Positions 9,696 to 19,969 of a stretch of DNA of 31,754 bases are shown here, one piece after another. The stretch comes from a candidate division WOR-3 bacterium (lineage in GTDB: Bacteria > Hydrothermota > Hydrothermia > LBFQ01). The notes beneath the pieces are model-generated. The model was not told the DNA's origin. It saw nothing but the letters and a program-made list of their open reading frames with translations, and searched no databases. Both the position numbers and the translations under genes were made by a program. Numbering within the stretch: the first letter of the stretch is position 1; each line of letters begins with the position of its first letter. The stretch spans positions 1 to 31,754 of the forward strand of contig JBDRWW010000013.1 of the NCBI GenBank assembly GCA_039802605.1. The letters run 5' to 3'.

Positions 9696-10234
9696 GACAA
9701 AACCTTCCCCACTAACTCCAACTTACCCTTCACCACGAGTTTAACAACATCATAAGACTTCTCAAATATTTCCGGTAATAACTTTAATTCATCTTCCGAA
9801 AAGTTTGACAAAACCCAATCCGCCAAATCAACCCCCTTGGGGGGTTTTGAAATCCCTATCCTCAACCTCATAATATCACTCCTGTTTAAACTTTCGTATA
9901 TATCCCTTAAACCCTTGTGTGAAGGGATTGAGTTTATACCTACCTTAAACCTAACCTTCCCAAAGGGTAAATCCGCGTCATCGTATATTACGAGTATTGG
10001 CATATTCTTTATTGGTATTGGGGCGGAAAGCAAAGCCTTACCCGAGTTATTCATAAATAGTTTTGGTTTAACCAAGTAAAACCCCCTACCCTTTGCCAAA
10101 AGGACGCTTGGATAGTCTTCAAACTCTAAACCCTCTTTATTTGCGATATAATCAACAACCATAAAACCCACATTATGCCTGTTTAAAACATACCTAAGCC
10201 CTACATTGCCCAAACCAACAACGACTAAATCCAT
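9692..10234 (-). CDS. pth: Peptidyl-tRNA hydrolase
   Basis: GLGN, RHNVGF, KP..FMNNSG, DD.DL, RLRIGI, VLSNF; follows rplY as is usual. Confidence 0.93.
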   Translation of the reverse strand: MDLVVVGLGNVGLRYVLNRHNVGFMVVDYIANKEGLEFEDYPSVLLAKGRGFYLVKPKLFMNNSGKALLSAPIPIKNMPILVIYDDADLPFGKVRFKVGINSIPSHKGLRDIYESLNRSDIMRLRIGISKPPKGVDLADWVLSNFSEDELKLLPEIFEKSYDVVKLVVKGKLELVGKVLS

Positions 10235-10246
10235 TTTCTAACCCGA

Positions 10247-10834
10247 TTACTGACCCTCTGCGCCTTCTTCTCCGGATTTCTCCTCGGCTTTTGCCCCGAC
10301 TACAACCACAACAACCGTATCCGGGTCTTCCGCTATTGTGAAGTTCTTAGTGGGTATATCCTTAACATGTATTGCATCTCCAATGTTTAATTTGGAAACA
10401 TCTACCTCTATGTGGGGTGGTATGTTTGCGGGTTTTGCCCTAACGGCTAAGGATTTCGTTAGAACTTCCATAACACCACCGGCCTTAACTCCCGGCGCCT
10501 CTCCCACGATAACGACCGGAACCTCAACCTCAACTTCCTCGCCGGCGTGCAATATCTGCAAATCCACATGTAGAATATCGCCCCTTACGGGGTGTAATTG
10601 CATGTCTTTTATGATTACGGGTTTGGTTTTTCCGTTTATGTTTGCGTTTATTATAACACTCTCACCGTGGGTTTCGTGTAAAAGTTTTATCAGTTCCGAT
10701 TTCTTTACCAAGCCGTGAAAATTTTCCTCCCCCTTTCCGTAAAGTTCAACGGGTATAAATCCCCTTTTCCTATACCTTTTGGCCGCCTTTGTTCCTATAT
10801 CTTCCCTCAAAATGATGTTTAATGTTACATCCAT
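10247..10834 (-). CDS. rplY: 50S ribosomal protein bL25 / Ctc (long form)
   Basis: G.IP..LYG, Q.HPV...ILHVD, G.A.GVK.GG, IP..IEVDVS.L.IGD; acidic tail. Confidence 0.95.
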   Translation of the reverse strand: MDVTLNIILREDIGTKAAKRYRKRGFIPVELYGKGEENFHGLVKKSELIKLLHETHGESVIINANINGKTKPVIIKDMQLHPVRGDILHVDLQILHAGEEVEVEVPVVIVGEAPGVKAGGVMEVLTKSLAVRAKPANIPPHIEVDVSKLNIGDAIHVKDIPTKNFTIAEDPDTVVVVVVGAKAEEKSGEEGAEGQ

Positions 10835-10903
10835 AAGTGGGAATTATACCGCTGAAATGTTTGTTTATATGCTCTACCTTAACCCTCTTATAATCCACAC
10901 CTT

Positions 10904-11803
10904 ATGAACATTGCCATTATAGGGGATGTTATGCTTGACGAGTATGCCTTTGGAGATGTTGAGAGGATTTCCCCTGAGGCCCCTGTACCCGTATTCTCGT
11001 ACAAAAGCAGCAAGTTTTTACCGGGCGGTGCGGCAAATGTTGCCTTAAACCTGGTAAAATTGGGCGTAAATGTTTATTTATACGGTATAGTGGGGGATGA
11101 TGAGGATGGTGAGAAGTTGATAAACATATGCGAAAGCCTTGGGATAAACTTCCGATTCCATAAGGGTAAGTTTAGAACCTTAAAAAAAACCCGTTTATTG
11201 TCAAAACACCACCATGTTTTGAGAATAGATTACGAGGAGAAGTTCTTGGAAGATGATGCATACGACCTTTTGGACTTAATAAAGGTGGATGTAGATGCGG
11301 TTGTAATATCAAACTACGATAAAGGTACCGTAATTCCCGAAACCTTGCGTCTAGTTAAGGAAAAATTTGGCGACAAATTAAAGGCCATAGACCCAAAGTC
11401 CCTTTTATGGGAATCTAAGGGCTTTGATATAATAAAACCCAACCTCAGCGAACTTTCAAGGGCATTGCATAGGGATTTAAAAAGTGTTGAAGATGTTCTT
11501 GAAGGTTCCTTGGAGGTGTTTAACAAATTGAAGCCGGAGGCACTAATATCGACCATGGGGGATAAAGGGATGTGGGTTATCACAAGGGATAAAAAAGTGC
11601 ATATTCACGCATATAAAAGGGAGGTATACGATATTACGGGTGCAGGCGATACGGTTCTAGCTTGGGTTGTTTGGGGAAGGTTAAAGGGATATGATTGGGA
11701 AACCATTGGGAAACTATCCTCAAAGGCGGCGGCCATAACGGTTTCAAAACTCGGGGCATATGCGCCCACATTGGATGAGGTTTTAAGGGAATTTCCGGAT
11801 TAA
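10904..11803 (+). CDS. hldA: D-glycero-beta-D-manno-heptose-7-phosphate kinase (RfaE domain I, PfkB family)
   Basis: GDVMLDEY..G.VERISPEAPVPV, GGAANVA, KPNLSE, DITGAGDT. Confidence 0.9.
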   Translation: MNIAIIGDVMLDEYAFGDVERISPEAPVPVFSYKSSKFLPGGAANVALNLVKLGVNVYLYGIVGDDEDGEKLINICESLGINFRFHKGKFRTLKKTRLLSKHHHVLRIDYEEKFLEDDAYDLLDLIKVDVDAVVISNYDKGTVIPETLRLVKEKFGDKLKAIDPKSLLWESKGFDIIKPNLSELSRALHRDLKSVEDVLEGSLEVFNKLKPEALISTMGDKGMWVITRDKKVHIHAYKREVYDITGAGDTVLAWVVWGRLKGYDWETIGKLSSKAAAITVSKLGAYAPTLDEVLREFPD

Positions 11804-12660
11804 ACAAAAATAACCGTTTTATCCTCAGTAACCTCGTATTCCGCGGGCGTATAACCCGCAAACTCCCCCTCACATTCAACGGGTATATTCGGCGTAAAAA
11901 CCTTTAATCTCTTAGCATCAATCTCCATTATTTCTTTTATCCTCAGGTGACTCCCGTTATACACCCTCGGAAAATAATAGACAAACTTATAAACCGGAAC
12001 ATATTCAATAACTATAACCTTTGTCGGCCCCGTGATTGAAGAGTTTGGGGAGATTTTCATACCCCCACCAAAATACGGTGAATTTGCAAATACAACCATT
12101 ATAACATCCCCCTCGTAATATTTACCATCTATCTCCATATTAACCCTTAAAGGTTTCAATTCGTACAATGTATTCAATACACCTATCGCATATCCAAACC
12201 TTCCAAACCTCCTAAGGCCGTCAAAACTATAAGCAACCTTGGCCCCAAAACCCAAATCCGAAACCCCCACAAAATACCTATAACCTTCGGAGGTTTTGAG
12301 GAGAACGGGATTAACCCTTTTGATGTTAAACCTCAATATTTCCTCAAACCTTTCAACCGGTTTTCTTTTAATATCCAAACTCCTCGCAACATCACAACCG
12401 GTACCTCCAAATATAGGGGCTACCGGCATTTCAACCTTGTGATCGATTATCCCGTTTACAACCTCGTTTAATGTTCCGTCCCCACCCGCCACTATTATAA
12501 CATCCCCTTTTGCAGATTTTACCAATTCCCTTGCGTGCCCCCTCCTCTCGGTGTAAAATGTTTCATAGGTATATCCGTGTTCCTCCACCAACTTTGAGAA
12601 TATTTTATAAATCTTTAAACTGGATCTGGCAACGGGATTAACGACAAAACTGAACCTCAT
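11800..12660 (-). CDS. Diacylglycerol/lipid kinase family protein (YegS/BmrU-like)
   Basis: VVNP, TERRGHA, GGDGTLNEVVNG, GTGCD.AR, N.PYFGGG. Confidence 0.9.
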   Translation of the reverse strand: MRFSFVVNPVARSSLKIYKIFSKLVEEHGYTYETFYTERRGHARELVKSAKGDVIIVAGGDGTLNEVVNGIIDHKVEMPVAPIFGGTGCDVARSLDIKRKPVERFEEILRFNIKRVNPVLLKTSEGYRYFVGVSDLGFGAKVAYSFDGLRRFGRFGYAIGVLNTLYELKPLRVNMEIDGKYYEGDVIMVVFANSPYFGGGMKISPNSSITGPTKVIVIEYVPVYKFVYYFPRVYNGSHLRIKEIMEIDAKRLKVFTPNIPVECEGEFAGYTPAEYEVTEDKTVIFV

Positions 12661-13586
12661 ACCGATACTTCTCTTGGCAAAGCAAACTTAACATTTTCCT
12701 TAATCAAACCCAATTCCTCCACGCTTTCCCCTCCCATTTTTAAAAGTTTCCAAACAACACGCCTTACAAGGCTTTCCGGTGTGGATGCCCCCGAGGTTAT
12801 CCCAACCGCTGAAATTCCTTCAAGCCATTTCGGATTTATATATGTTTCATCCTCTATGAGGTAAGCCCTTTTACCCCTCTTCTCCGCAACCTCCCTTAAC
12901 CTATTGGAATTTGAGCTTTCCTTGGAACCTATAACCAATATCAAATCCGCTACCTCGGACAACCTCTTTACGGCGTCCTGTCTGTTTTGTGTTGCATAGC
13001 ATATATCGTCCGCTTTTGGTAAAACGATATTCGGAAATCTCCTCTTTAATACCTCAATTATTTCTTTGGTATCATCCACGGATAATGTGGTTTGTGTTGT
13101 TAAGGCCACTTTATTCGGATCTGGGACCTCAACCCTTTCCGCGTCCTTTGTATCTTCAACCAATATAATATTATCCGGAGCCTCTCCCATCGTACCTTCA
13201 ACTTCAACATGACCCCTATGTCCCACAAGGATTATTGTATAACCCTCGGAGGCAAACTTCCTAACCTCTCTATGAACCTTATGAACCAATGGGCATGTCG
13301 CATCTATAACCTTTAAATTTCTCCTCTTTGCATCTTCCCTAACCTTTGGAGAGACCCCATGCGCCGAGAAAATAACAATTGAACCCTCCGGAATCTCATT
13401 CACATCCTCGACAAATATAGCCCCCTTATTTTTTAAATCCTCAACCACATACCGGTTATGGACTATTGCATGCCTTACATATATAGGAGGACCAAAAATC
13501 TTTAAAGCCCTTTCAACTATTTCAATAGCCCTATCAACCCCCGCGCAAAACCCCCTTGGAGACGCCAAATAGATTTTAAAAGCCAT
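12657..13586 (-). CDS. ispH: 4-hydroxy-3-methylbut-2-enyl diphosphate reductase
   Basis: PRGFCAGVDRA, IVHN, SAHG, DATCPLV, ICYATQNRQ, SSNSNRL, GASTP. Confidence 0.98.
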   Translation of the reverse strand: MAFKIYLASPRGFCAGVDRAIEIVERALKIFGPPIYVRHAIVHNRYVVEDLKNKGAIFVEDVNEIPEGSIVIFSAHGVSPKVREDAKRRNLKVIDATCPLVHKVHREVRKFASEGYTIILVGHRGHVEVEGTMGEAPDNIILVEDTKDAERVEVPDPNKVALTTQTTLSVDDTKEIIEVLKRRFPNIVLPKADDICYATQNRQDAVKRLSEVADLILVIGSKESSNSNRLREVAEKRGKRAYLIEDETYINPKWLEGISAVGITSGASTPESLVRRVVWKLLKMGGESVEELGLIKENVKFALPREVSV

Positions 13587-13627
13587 AGGATATATTCTAA
13601 GGTTGAAACAACTTTAAAATTCCCGTA

Positions 13628-15132
13628 TTGATTGACATATCGCCCATAGTTAACGGTAAAGATACCCTATACCTTTACCCGCCATATATAATCCATTCTT
13701 CTTTGGTTGAGGGTATAGTAAAGGGTCTTAATGGGGAAATAACCCCTTTGGATGCCTTTGAAAGGGGGAAAAAAATCCCATATGTCCTTATAACCAGGTT
13801 TAATTTCAAAATTGAGGATTTTTTAAGGGTTTTAAGGGAAAAAGGTGTTGTGATTGTGGGTGTTATGGAACAGAATGCGGATTATAGGTTTTTAATAAGG
13901 GAATTGCACAAAGTGGGTTTAAGGGTTGATGAGGTTTTTGAAGAGATAATATTTTTAAATCCTAAGGGTGATACGGGCGATTTCAGGGAAAAGATGGCAA
14001 TAATTAGGGCAGAAAGGGAATACAACTCCCTAAGCGTGGATTTAAAAGATAGGTTAAGATTTTTGTTTGATTTGGTGGTTTTTGGGGTGTATGAGGGTAG
14101 GTATAGGATTAAAAAGGGTTGGTTTGGAGAAATTAGAGGCTTGGAGGGTTTTTTGGATATAGAGGGGGAGTACATAGTTCCAAAGGTTGATAAGCTGTGC
14201 GCGATTTTCCAAGAGGATTGGAGTTTTGAAAGGCTCCAAAGCGTTATAAAAAGACTCCCGGATAATTATGAGCCCTTTAACCTACTCGCAGAGTTCATAC
14301 ACGAAAAGGTTTATTACCTTGACATTAAAAACGATGAAGTGCGAAAGGCCTTTGAATTAACCTTAAATTGGGCAATAAACTTATCAAAGGGAACGGATGG
14401 GTTTTTAGAAGCCTTTAAAAATCTCGCTTATTATAGGATAGATTTTCCAACTAGCGACAATTATTCGGGAAATTACAACCACGCAAAGGTGTTGTTTGAG
14501 GAAATAATCAAAAGGGACGACGGTTATATGAGGGATATGGCCTTGTTAAACCTCGCATTCCTTAAAGGTCGTATGGGAAAAATTTTTGAAGAGTACGAAA
14601 TGTTTAATGGCGTTAGGTAATATTTTGGCTGACCTGGGTATTATTTACGAACAAACCAAGGACAACAGGTATATAAAGAAAAGGTTTAAGGATTTTAGAA
14701 GGTTTTAGGGATAACCATGGACTTTTTCAGTTGAGGTATAATTACGCGATTGTAATGTCCAATGTTGGAAAATACGACGAAGCCTTATCCAAAGTTGAGG
14801 AGATATTAAGGGTTTATAACAAGGGGATTAACCCAAACGAGTATGCGGATACCCTTGGCCTTAAAGGTTATATCCTCCTGTTAAAAGGTGAGTATGAAAG
14901 GGCAAGGGAAACATTTGAGGAAGCCCTTAAAACATTTGATTTGAGCTTTAAAAACTTTGAAAACAGGTACTGCATTGCAAAAATTTATTACGCAAAAACC
15001 CTTTCAAAATTGGGTAGGGTTGGTGAAGCAGTTGAAATAATGCTATCCGTAAAGGGGAAGGCTGAAGAGGTGGGATATACGGAAATATGGAAAAATGTTA
15101 TGTCGGAAATTCAAAGTAATACCAGTTCTTAG
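13628..15132 (+). pseudogene. TPR-containing protein interrupted by two +1 frameshifts (pseudogene or sequencing errors)
   Basis: ORF 13628-14620 (TTG start, 7 nt after TAAAAT) continues as LMALGNILADLGIIYEQTKDNRYIK (14604-14678). It then continues as KGLRILEGFRDNHGLFQLRYNYA... into the TPR-like ORF ending at 15132. Confidence 0.6.
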
Positions 15133-15898
15133 ATGTGTTCCATATATCCAAAAGCATTTTAACGAAATCCTCAAACATATTTAAGGGTATCTGCGTTGAT
15201 GCATCCGATAAGGCTTCCCTTGGGTTTGGATGTACTTCCGCAAATATCCCATCAACCCCAACCGCAACCGCCCCCCTTGCCAAATGCGAAATTAGTTCCC
15301 TGTATCCCCCAGAATTTTCCGATAATCCCGGCCTTTGTAGTGAATGGGTTGCATCGTATATAACCATTATACCCGCCTTCTTTATCCAAACCAAATTCCT
15401 GAAATCAACCACCAAATCGTTATAACCGAAAAATGTTCCCCTTTCCGTTATCCAAACGTTTTGATTTCCCGTACTAAAAACCTTTTCCGCCGCCTTTATT
15501 ATCTCGTTCGGAGACATAAACTGTCCCTTTTTTATATTTACGACTTTACCGGTTTTACCCGCCTCTATTAACATATCCGTTTGCCTTGAAAGGAAGGCGG
15601 GTATTTGTATAACATCAACAACCTCCGCCACCCTTTTAATATCGTGTAAATCATGCACATCCGTTAAAACCCTTAAGCCGGTTTCATCTTTCACCTTTCG
15701 CAAAATCTCCAACCCCCTTTCAATCCCAGGACCCCTAAAACCTTTAACGGATGTCCTGTTTGCCTTATCATAAGAGGACTTGAATACAATGTCTATTTCC
15801 AACCTTTCGGAAATTTCTTTTAACCTTTCCGCCGTCTTTAAAACCATCCCCTCGCTTTCAATCACGCAGGGGCCGGCTATGAATATAGGGGTTTTCAT
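15098..15898 (-). CDS. kdsA: 3-deoxy-8-phosphooctulonate (KDO8P) synthase
   Basis: AGPCVIES, KSSYDKANRTS, QIPAFLSRQTD, KKGQF, ERGT.FGY, DATHS. Confidence 0.97.
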   Translation of the reverse strand: MKTPIFIAGPCVIESEGMVLKTAERLKEISERLEIDIVFKSSYDKANRTSVKGFRGPGIERGLEILRKVKDETGLRVLTDVHDLHDIKRVAEVVDVIQIPAFLSRQTDMLIEAGKTGKVVNIKKGQFMSPNEIIKAAEKVFSTGNQNVWITERGTFFGYNDLVVDFRNLVWIKKAGIMVIYDATHSLQRPGLSENSGGYRELISHLARGAVAVGVDGIFAEVHPNPREALSDASTQIPLNMFEDFVKMLLDIWNTSKNWYYFEFPT

Positions 15899-17019
15899 CC
15901 AAGGGGATTCCTCGGTGATAGTTGGGTGGGAATTACTATATCCGCAATGGATTCCATATCCCTATGCGTTATAGATACATCCTTATGAACCCATATTAAG
16001 GGTAGGGGATAACCTTCCGGCGAAAGCCGGGCTATATATCCCAAAAATTTCCCAATATTTTCGGGTTCAACATTCAATATCTCAACCTTATATGTTGAGG
16101 TGGAAAATGGGGATAACCTAACAAAGGTTTGGTATATGTATATGTCAAGTATTTTAACAAATTCCACCGGCAATTCCATCTTCTTCTCCTCTAAGGATGC
16201 CTCTATTGGTTCCGCATACCCATTTTTACCCAAAGTGCAAATGTTAAACATAACCTGATCCGTGATAAACCCCTTTATATTCCATTTTTTAACATAATCG
16301 GACAGGAAAGAGTCCTTTGTTATAAAGAATATCGGGTTTTGCAATGATACCAAAAACTCTATTGCGGAAAGGTATTCGTAATACAAGAGTAGGGCGTTTG
16401 CATACACATATATTGGTAATCCTTCATTCCTAAACCCCTCTGCAAACTTTACAAAAGCAAAATCTTCATCCCAGAACGTACCCTTTATATCCTCAATTAA
16501 ACCCTTTAACTCCCCCTCTAAGCCTTTAACATCATCGTATTTAACATCCAAATGTTTAATCCAATCGTATGTTGGTTGAGGGCTTATAACATCGCTTATA
16601 AAGGAGCCATCCATTAGAACCATATATTCACCTTTGTCGTCCAAGTCTTTGAGGATTTTTAAAAGGTTTTTTATTTCCGCCAACCTCATCCACATTGATA
16701 GAAATTCCGCTAGATTCTTGTTTCTCAGGATATTCTTTTCCATTTTACCCACAAAGGATATTCCCTCATCATTAAAACCATCACCGATTTTAACATATGC
16801 CAGACCTGTAATCGCAAATATCATATCAACATTCCTTATGGTATAGTTATACGAACCATCAACCGCTATTATGGGTCTTTCCGGAATATCATCGGGGAAT
16901 GGATGCCATTTCTCATCGTCAAGGGCCGGTAATTCCTCGTAATCCCTCTCTCCACCGAGATTATAAATCCCCCACTTGCCAATATTCGCCAAAAATCCGT
17001 AAATTGACCTCTCGTGCAT
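15895..17019 (-). CDS. nurA: NurA-domain nuclease (RNase H-like fold)
   Basis: IAVDGS, MRLAE, VLMDGS, ITKDS and C-terminal GYPLPL..VHKDV.IT motifs typical of NurA. Confidence 0.8.
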   Translation of the reverse strand: MHERSIYGFLANIGKWGIYNLGGERDYEELPALDDEKWHPFPDDIPERPIIAVDGSYNYTIRNVDMIFAITGLAYVKIGDGFNDEGISFVGKMEKNILRNKNLAEFLSMWMRLAEIKNLLKILKDLDDKGEYMVLMDGSFISDVISPQPTYDWIKHLDVKYDDVKGLEGELKGLIEDIKGTFWDEDFAFVKFAEGFRNEGLPIYVYANALLLYYEYLSAIEFLVSLQNPIFFITKDSFLSDYVKKWNIKGFITDQVMFNICTLGKNGYAEPIEASLEEKKMELPVEFVKILDIYIYQTFVRLSPFSTSTYKVEILNVEPENIGKFLGYIARLSPEGYPLPLIWVHKDVSITHRDMESIADIVIPTQLSPRNPLG

Positions 17020-17744
17020 TATTGTATTCTAATGGGCATTGGAAAGGCTGTACCCTTAATAAGCAGCATGGTTGAAGGTGTTAAGGCCTTTTCTATTTTT
17101 ATATATTTTAAGACATTTATCATTAATAGGGCAGTACCCGTATCGCTTACAACGGATGAAGGTATGTAATGGGATGTGGCATTTGGGGGTAGGTTCTTTA
17201 TATAAGGGTTTTGGTCGTTTAGTTTGAAGAAAACCTGTATAGAATCCGCACCGCTTACCGCATTCCAAGAAACAAATATTGAATCCCCAACGGAATGGAA
17301 TATAGTATCAACGGATATGCTGTCGGGTGGATTTACACTTGGTAATGTGAATTGTATGTCTTCCCCATACTTTGCGGTATGTATCCTTATGTTTGTTCCG
17401 CCGGAAAGGTTTATGTTTTGGGGTATGCCGTTTGAGTCGGCTAACATAAACAGCCCCTTATCCGAATAATATTTTAATAGGGTGCTCCCCACCTGCACAT
17501 GTGCCGATGGGTCTTCCTGGCCATCCACGAGAACCTTAAATATTGCCGTTTCGTATTTAATTGTATCCAAAAAGGCCGGGAATGAAGGGGGTGTTATATT
17601 TGAAGGTAGTATGGAATAGAAACTCCTCAGAGCCGGACCGGTTGCCCCACCAACACCGAATACGGATGTATGGGATATGCTGACCTTCTCCTTACAGGAT
17701 GTTATGAATAAAAGACCAAAAATTATAAAGGATAACCTTTTCAT
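17019..17744 (-). CDS. Hypothetical lipoprotein with an FN3/Ig-like C-terminal region
   Basis: MKRLSFIIFGLLFITS-C lipobox; VSWNAVSGADS FN3-like motif; TAATG overlap with nurA. Confidence 0.75.
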   Translation of the reverse strand: MKRLSFIIFGLLFITSCKEKVSISHTSVFGVGGATGPALRSFYSILPSNITPPSFPAFLDTIKYETAIFKVLVDGQEDPSAHVQVGSTLLKYYSDKGLFMLADSNGIPQNINLSGGTNIRIHTAKYGEDIQFTLPSVNPPDSISVDTIFHSVGDSIFVSWNAVSGADSIQVFFKLNDQNPYIKNLPPNATSHYIPSSVVSDTGTALLMINVLKYIKIEKALTPSTMLLIKGTAFPMPIRIQ

Positions 17745-17768
17745 AACGCTTGATATTATAAGGATGAA

Positions 17769-18857
17769 TTATTCGGCGAATATTATGGTGTTTGCCATAA
17801 GGTTCCCGTGCCTGTTTTCCCTTTCCGGTAAGAAGCACCCCTGCTCGCCAAAGGTCGCACAACCCACAAAGGGAACGCCTCTTCCAAGCCCATCCTTGAA
17901 GTTTTCTATTGCCTCATTAATCCCATCCATAACCACGCCCACACAACCTGCGCAGTATATCAATATTGCCCCCTTTAAGCCTTTAAAATCCTTGCCCTTT
18001 AAACTCATATCAACCACCTGTTTTGCCCTTTTTAGTAAAGCTTCCTTTGTGCCTCTCATTAAAACTATTTCATCCCATTCTTTGAATTCCGTAAAGAAAG
18101 TTAAGGCCTTACTCTCCGGTATTACCATATGTGGATGTGATAGAAGGTATTTTGGAACACCAAAGGTTCTTCCTATAACCCTACCAACGGGCCTTAGGGT
18201 GGTATCCGCCAGAATCACCCCTCCCTTATCCAAATACCTTTCTATAAGGCCTCCGGTCCATTCGTTGTATACTATTGCCGCGGGCCTTCCGTCTATTTCA
18301 TAAACGATTCTCCCCTTTGCCTTTGTTATCACGCCCTTTTTATTCGTAGGTAAATATCCGCTTAAAAAGTATCCAAAGGTCTTACCCGTAAATCCCACGA
18401 GCAAAAACCCGGAATTGGTGCTTTGGCCGTTGTAAAACACCTCCCATTTGCCCGTAAGATCATCATCTCCGGCACTTCCGCCGTATACGGGAACTTTGTT
18501 TCCAAAAACATCGTTTATACCATCCAATACCCTTTCTTCAAAACCGGGTGTAGCATGCATTAGGATTACAGAAGGCTTTTCAACTTTATCCGATATCTCT
18601 TTTGCGGCATCCTTGGCCTTATCGAATGCATCCCTTTCTGAACAGGACCTTAAAACGGGAAAAGCATCTATACCATCCCCATCATCAACGGTTAGCATAT
18701 AGGAGCCTCTGTGGAAACCTGTGGGTGTGAATACCCCTTGAAATGAGGTTGCCCCGAATACATCCTTGCCACTTGGGAATTTTATATCTTCCCCTATGGT
18801 TTTATACACCAACGCCCACTTTCCCGCATTCTCCGGGTTGTATTTATCCCACTTCAT
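17769..18857 (-). CDS. Stand-alone FIST signal transduction domain protein (FIST_N + FIST_C)
   Basis: PVYGGSAGDD, ITKAKGRIVYEIDGRPA, YCAGC, TFGEQ, HGNL. Confidence 0.88.
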   Translation of the reverse strand: MKWDKYNPENAGKWALVYKTIGEDIKFPSGKDVFGATSFQGVFTPTGFHRGSYMLTVDDGDGIDAFPVLRSCSERDAFDKAKDAAKEISDKVEKPSVILMHATPGFEERVLDGINDVFGNKVPVYGGSAGDDDLTGKWEVFYNGQSTNSGFLLVGFTGKTFGYFLSGYLPTNKKGVITKAKGRIVYEIDGRPAAIVYNEWTGGLIERYLDKGGVILADTTLRPVGRVIGRTFGVPKYLLSHPHMVIPESKALTFFTEFKEWDEIVLMRGTKEALLKRAKQVVDMSLKGKDFKGLKGAILIYCAGCVGVVMDGINEAIENFKDGLGRGVPFVGCATFGEQGCFLPERENRHGNLMANTIIFAE

Positions 18858-18931
18858 AACTAACGATATATTATACAGGTGAATAGTTTACCATCTACCA
18901 CCCGAGTCTTTGCCTTCGGAGGTATAAAACC

Positions 18932-19966
18932 TCAACCGATTTCAAATATAACCTTCATTGCGGCACCTTGAATAATGGTATCAAAGGCATGTTTGTACTC
19001 TTCCAAGGAAGATATGTGTGTTATTATAGGCGATAAATCCACCCTTTTTGTATCCAAAAGGGATGTCGTTTTAACCCATGTGGAAAACATCCTCCTACCC
19101 GTTATACCGTACAATGTGATATTTTTCATAATTACGGAGTTTAAAGGTACATCTATGGTGTTTTTGCCGTAAATACCCAAAAGGCCTACCCACCCCCCAT
19201 TGGTTATAACGCTTAGGGCGCTTTCAAGGGCTTGGGGATTGCCAGACATTTCCAAAACAACATCCACGCCCTTCCCGTTTGTTATATCCATAACGGCGGT
19301 TTTTAAGCTGTCTATTTCCGGATTTATCGTGTAATCCGCGCCCATCTTCTTTGCTATGTTTAACCTAAAATCGTTAATATCCGAGGCTATAACCTTAGCA
19401 GCACCGTATGCCTTTGCTATTGCCACGGCCATAGCCCCTATGGGGCCTGTTCCCACAACGAGTACATCCGCACCCGCTATATCCCCGGCCAAAACCGTAT
19501 CGACGGCGTTTCCCATAGGTTCCATAATGGGAACCCAATGCCTTGGAATGCCGTCCGGAACTTTCCAGGCGTTTTCCGCCGGTATTACAACATACTCCGC
19601 AAAGGCCCCATCCCTATGGAACCCGAGAATTTTTAGGTTTTTACACACATGCTTTTTGCCGATTCTACACTGATAGCAGTGACCACACGCTATGTGGGTT
19701 TCAATGCCCACATAATCCCCAATCTTTAAACCCTCAACCCCTTCACCCAATTCCACAACCTCGCCGGCGGATTCGTGCCCTATTATCCTTGGTAAGTGGT
19801 CTATTTCACTTTGGGCAAACTCGTCCCATTTATAAATATGAACATCGCTTCCGCATATGGAAGCATATTTAACCTTTATCAAAACTTCACCGGGCCCCGG
19901 TCTTGGTATATCGGTTTCTATAATCTGTAATCCGGGACCCCCCTTTGTTTTTGCAAGGGCTTTCAT
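18932..19966 (-). CDS. tdh: L-threonine 3-dehydrogenase
   Basis: ICGSDVHIYKWDE, GHE, ETHIACGHCYQC...C, EPMGNAV, GTGPIG, EMSG, GITGRRMF.TW. Confidence 0.93.
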   Translation of the reverse strand: MKALAKTKGGPGLQIIETDIPRPGPGEVLIKVKYASICGSDVHIYKWDEFAQSEIDHLPRIIGHESAGEVVELGEGVEGLKIGDYVGIETHIACGHCYQCRIGKKHVCKNLKILGFHRDGAFAEYVVIPAENAWKVPDGIPRHWVPIMEPMGNAVDTVLAGDIAGADVLVVGTGPIGAMAVAIAKAYGAAKVIASDINDFRLNIAKKMGADYTINPEIDSLKTAVMDITNGKGVDVVLEMSGNPQALESALSVITNGGWVGLLGIYGKNTIDVPLNSVIMKNITLYGITGRRMFSTWVKTTSLLDTKRVDLSPIITHISSLEEYKHAFDTIIQGAAMKVIFEIG

Positions 19967-19969
19967 ATT

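Noticed and set aside
9692..12660. Motif deviations (Pth PSHKG vs GGHNG; HldA SNYDKG vs SDYAKG; lipid kinase CEGE vs DGE) as loss of function
   Set aside because: The principal catalytic motifs remain, and such divergence is plausible in a deep lineage. It cannot be judged without alignments.
13598..13609. TAAGGTTGAAAC resembling the CRISPR repeat 3' end
   Set aside because: The exact match is only about 9 nt, there is no periodicity, and it lies in the ispH/TPR divergent promoter.
15895..17019. NurA as a CRISPR-associated or Argonaute/PIWI-type defence nuclease
   Set aside because: It is 14 kb from the array with no cas or defence genes nearby, and the motifs fit NurA.
18896..18924. Imperfect hairpin after tdh (also a weak one at about 5672-5700) as a terminator or ncRNA
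   Set aside because: Stems are short and interrupted, with no U-tract in the transcribed direction.
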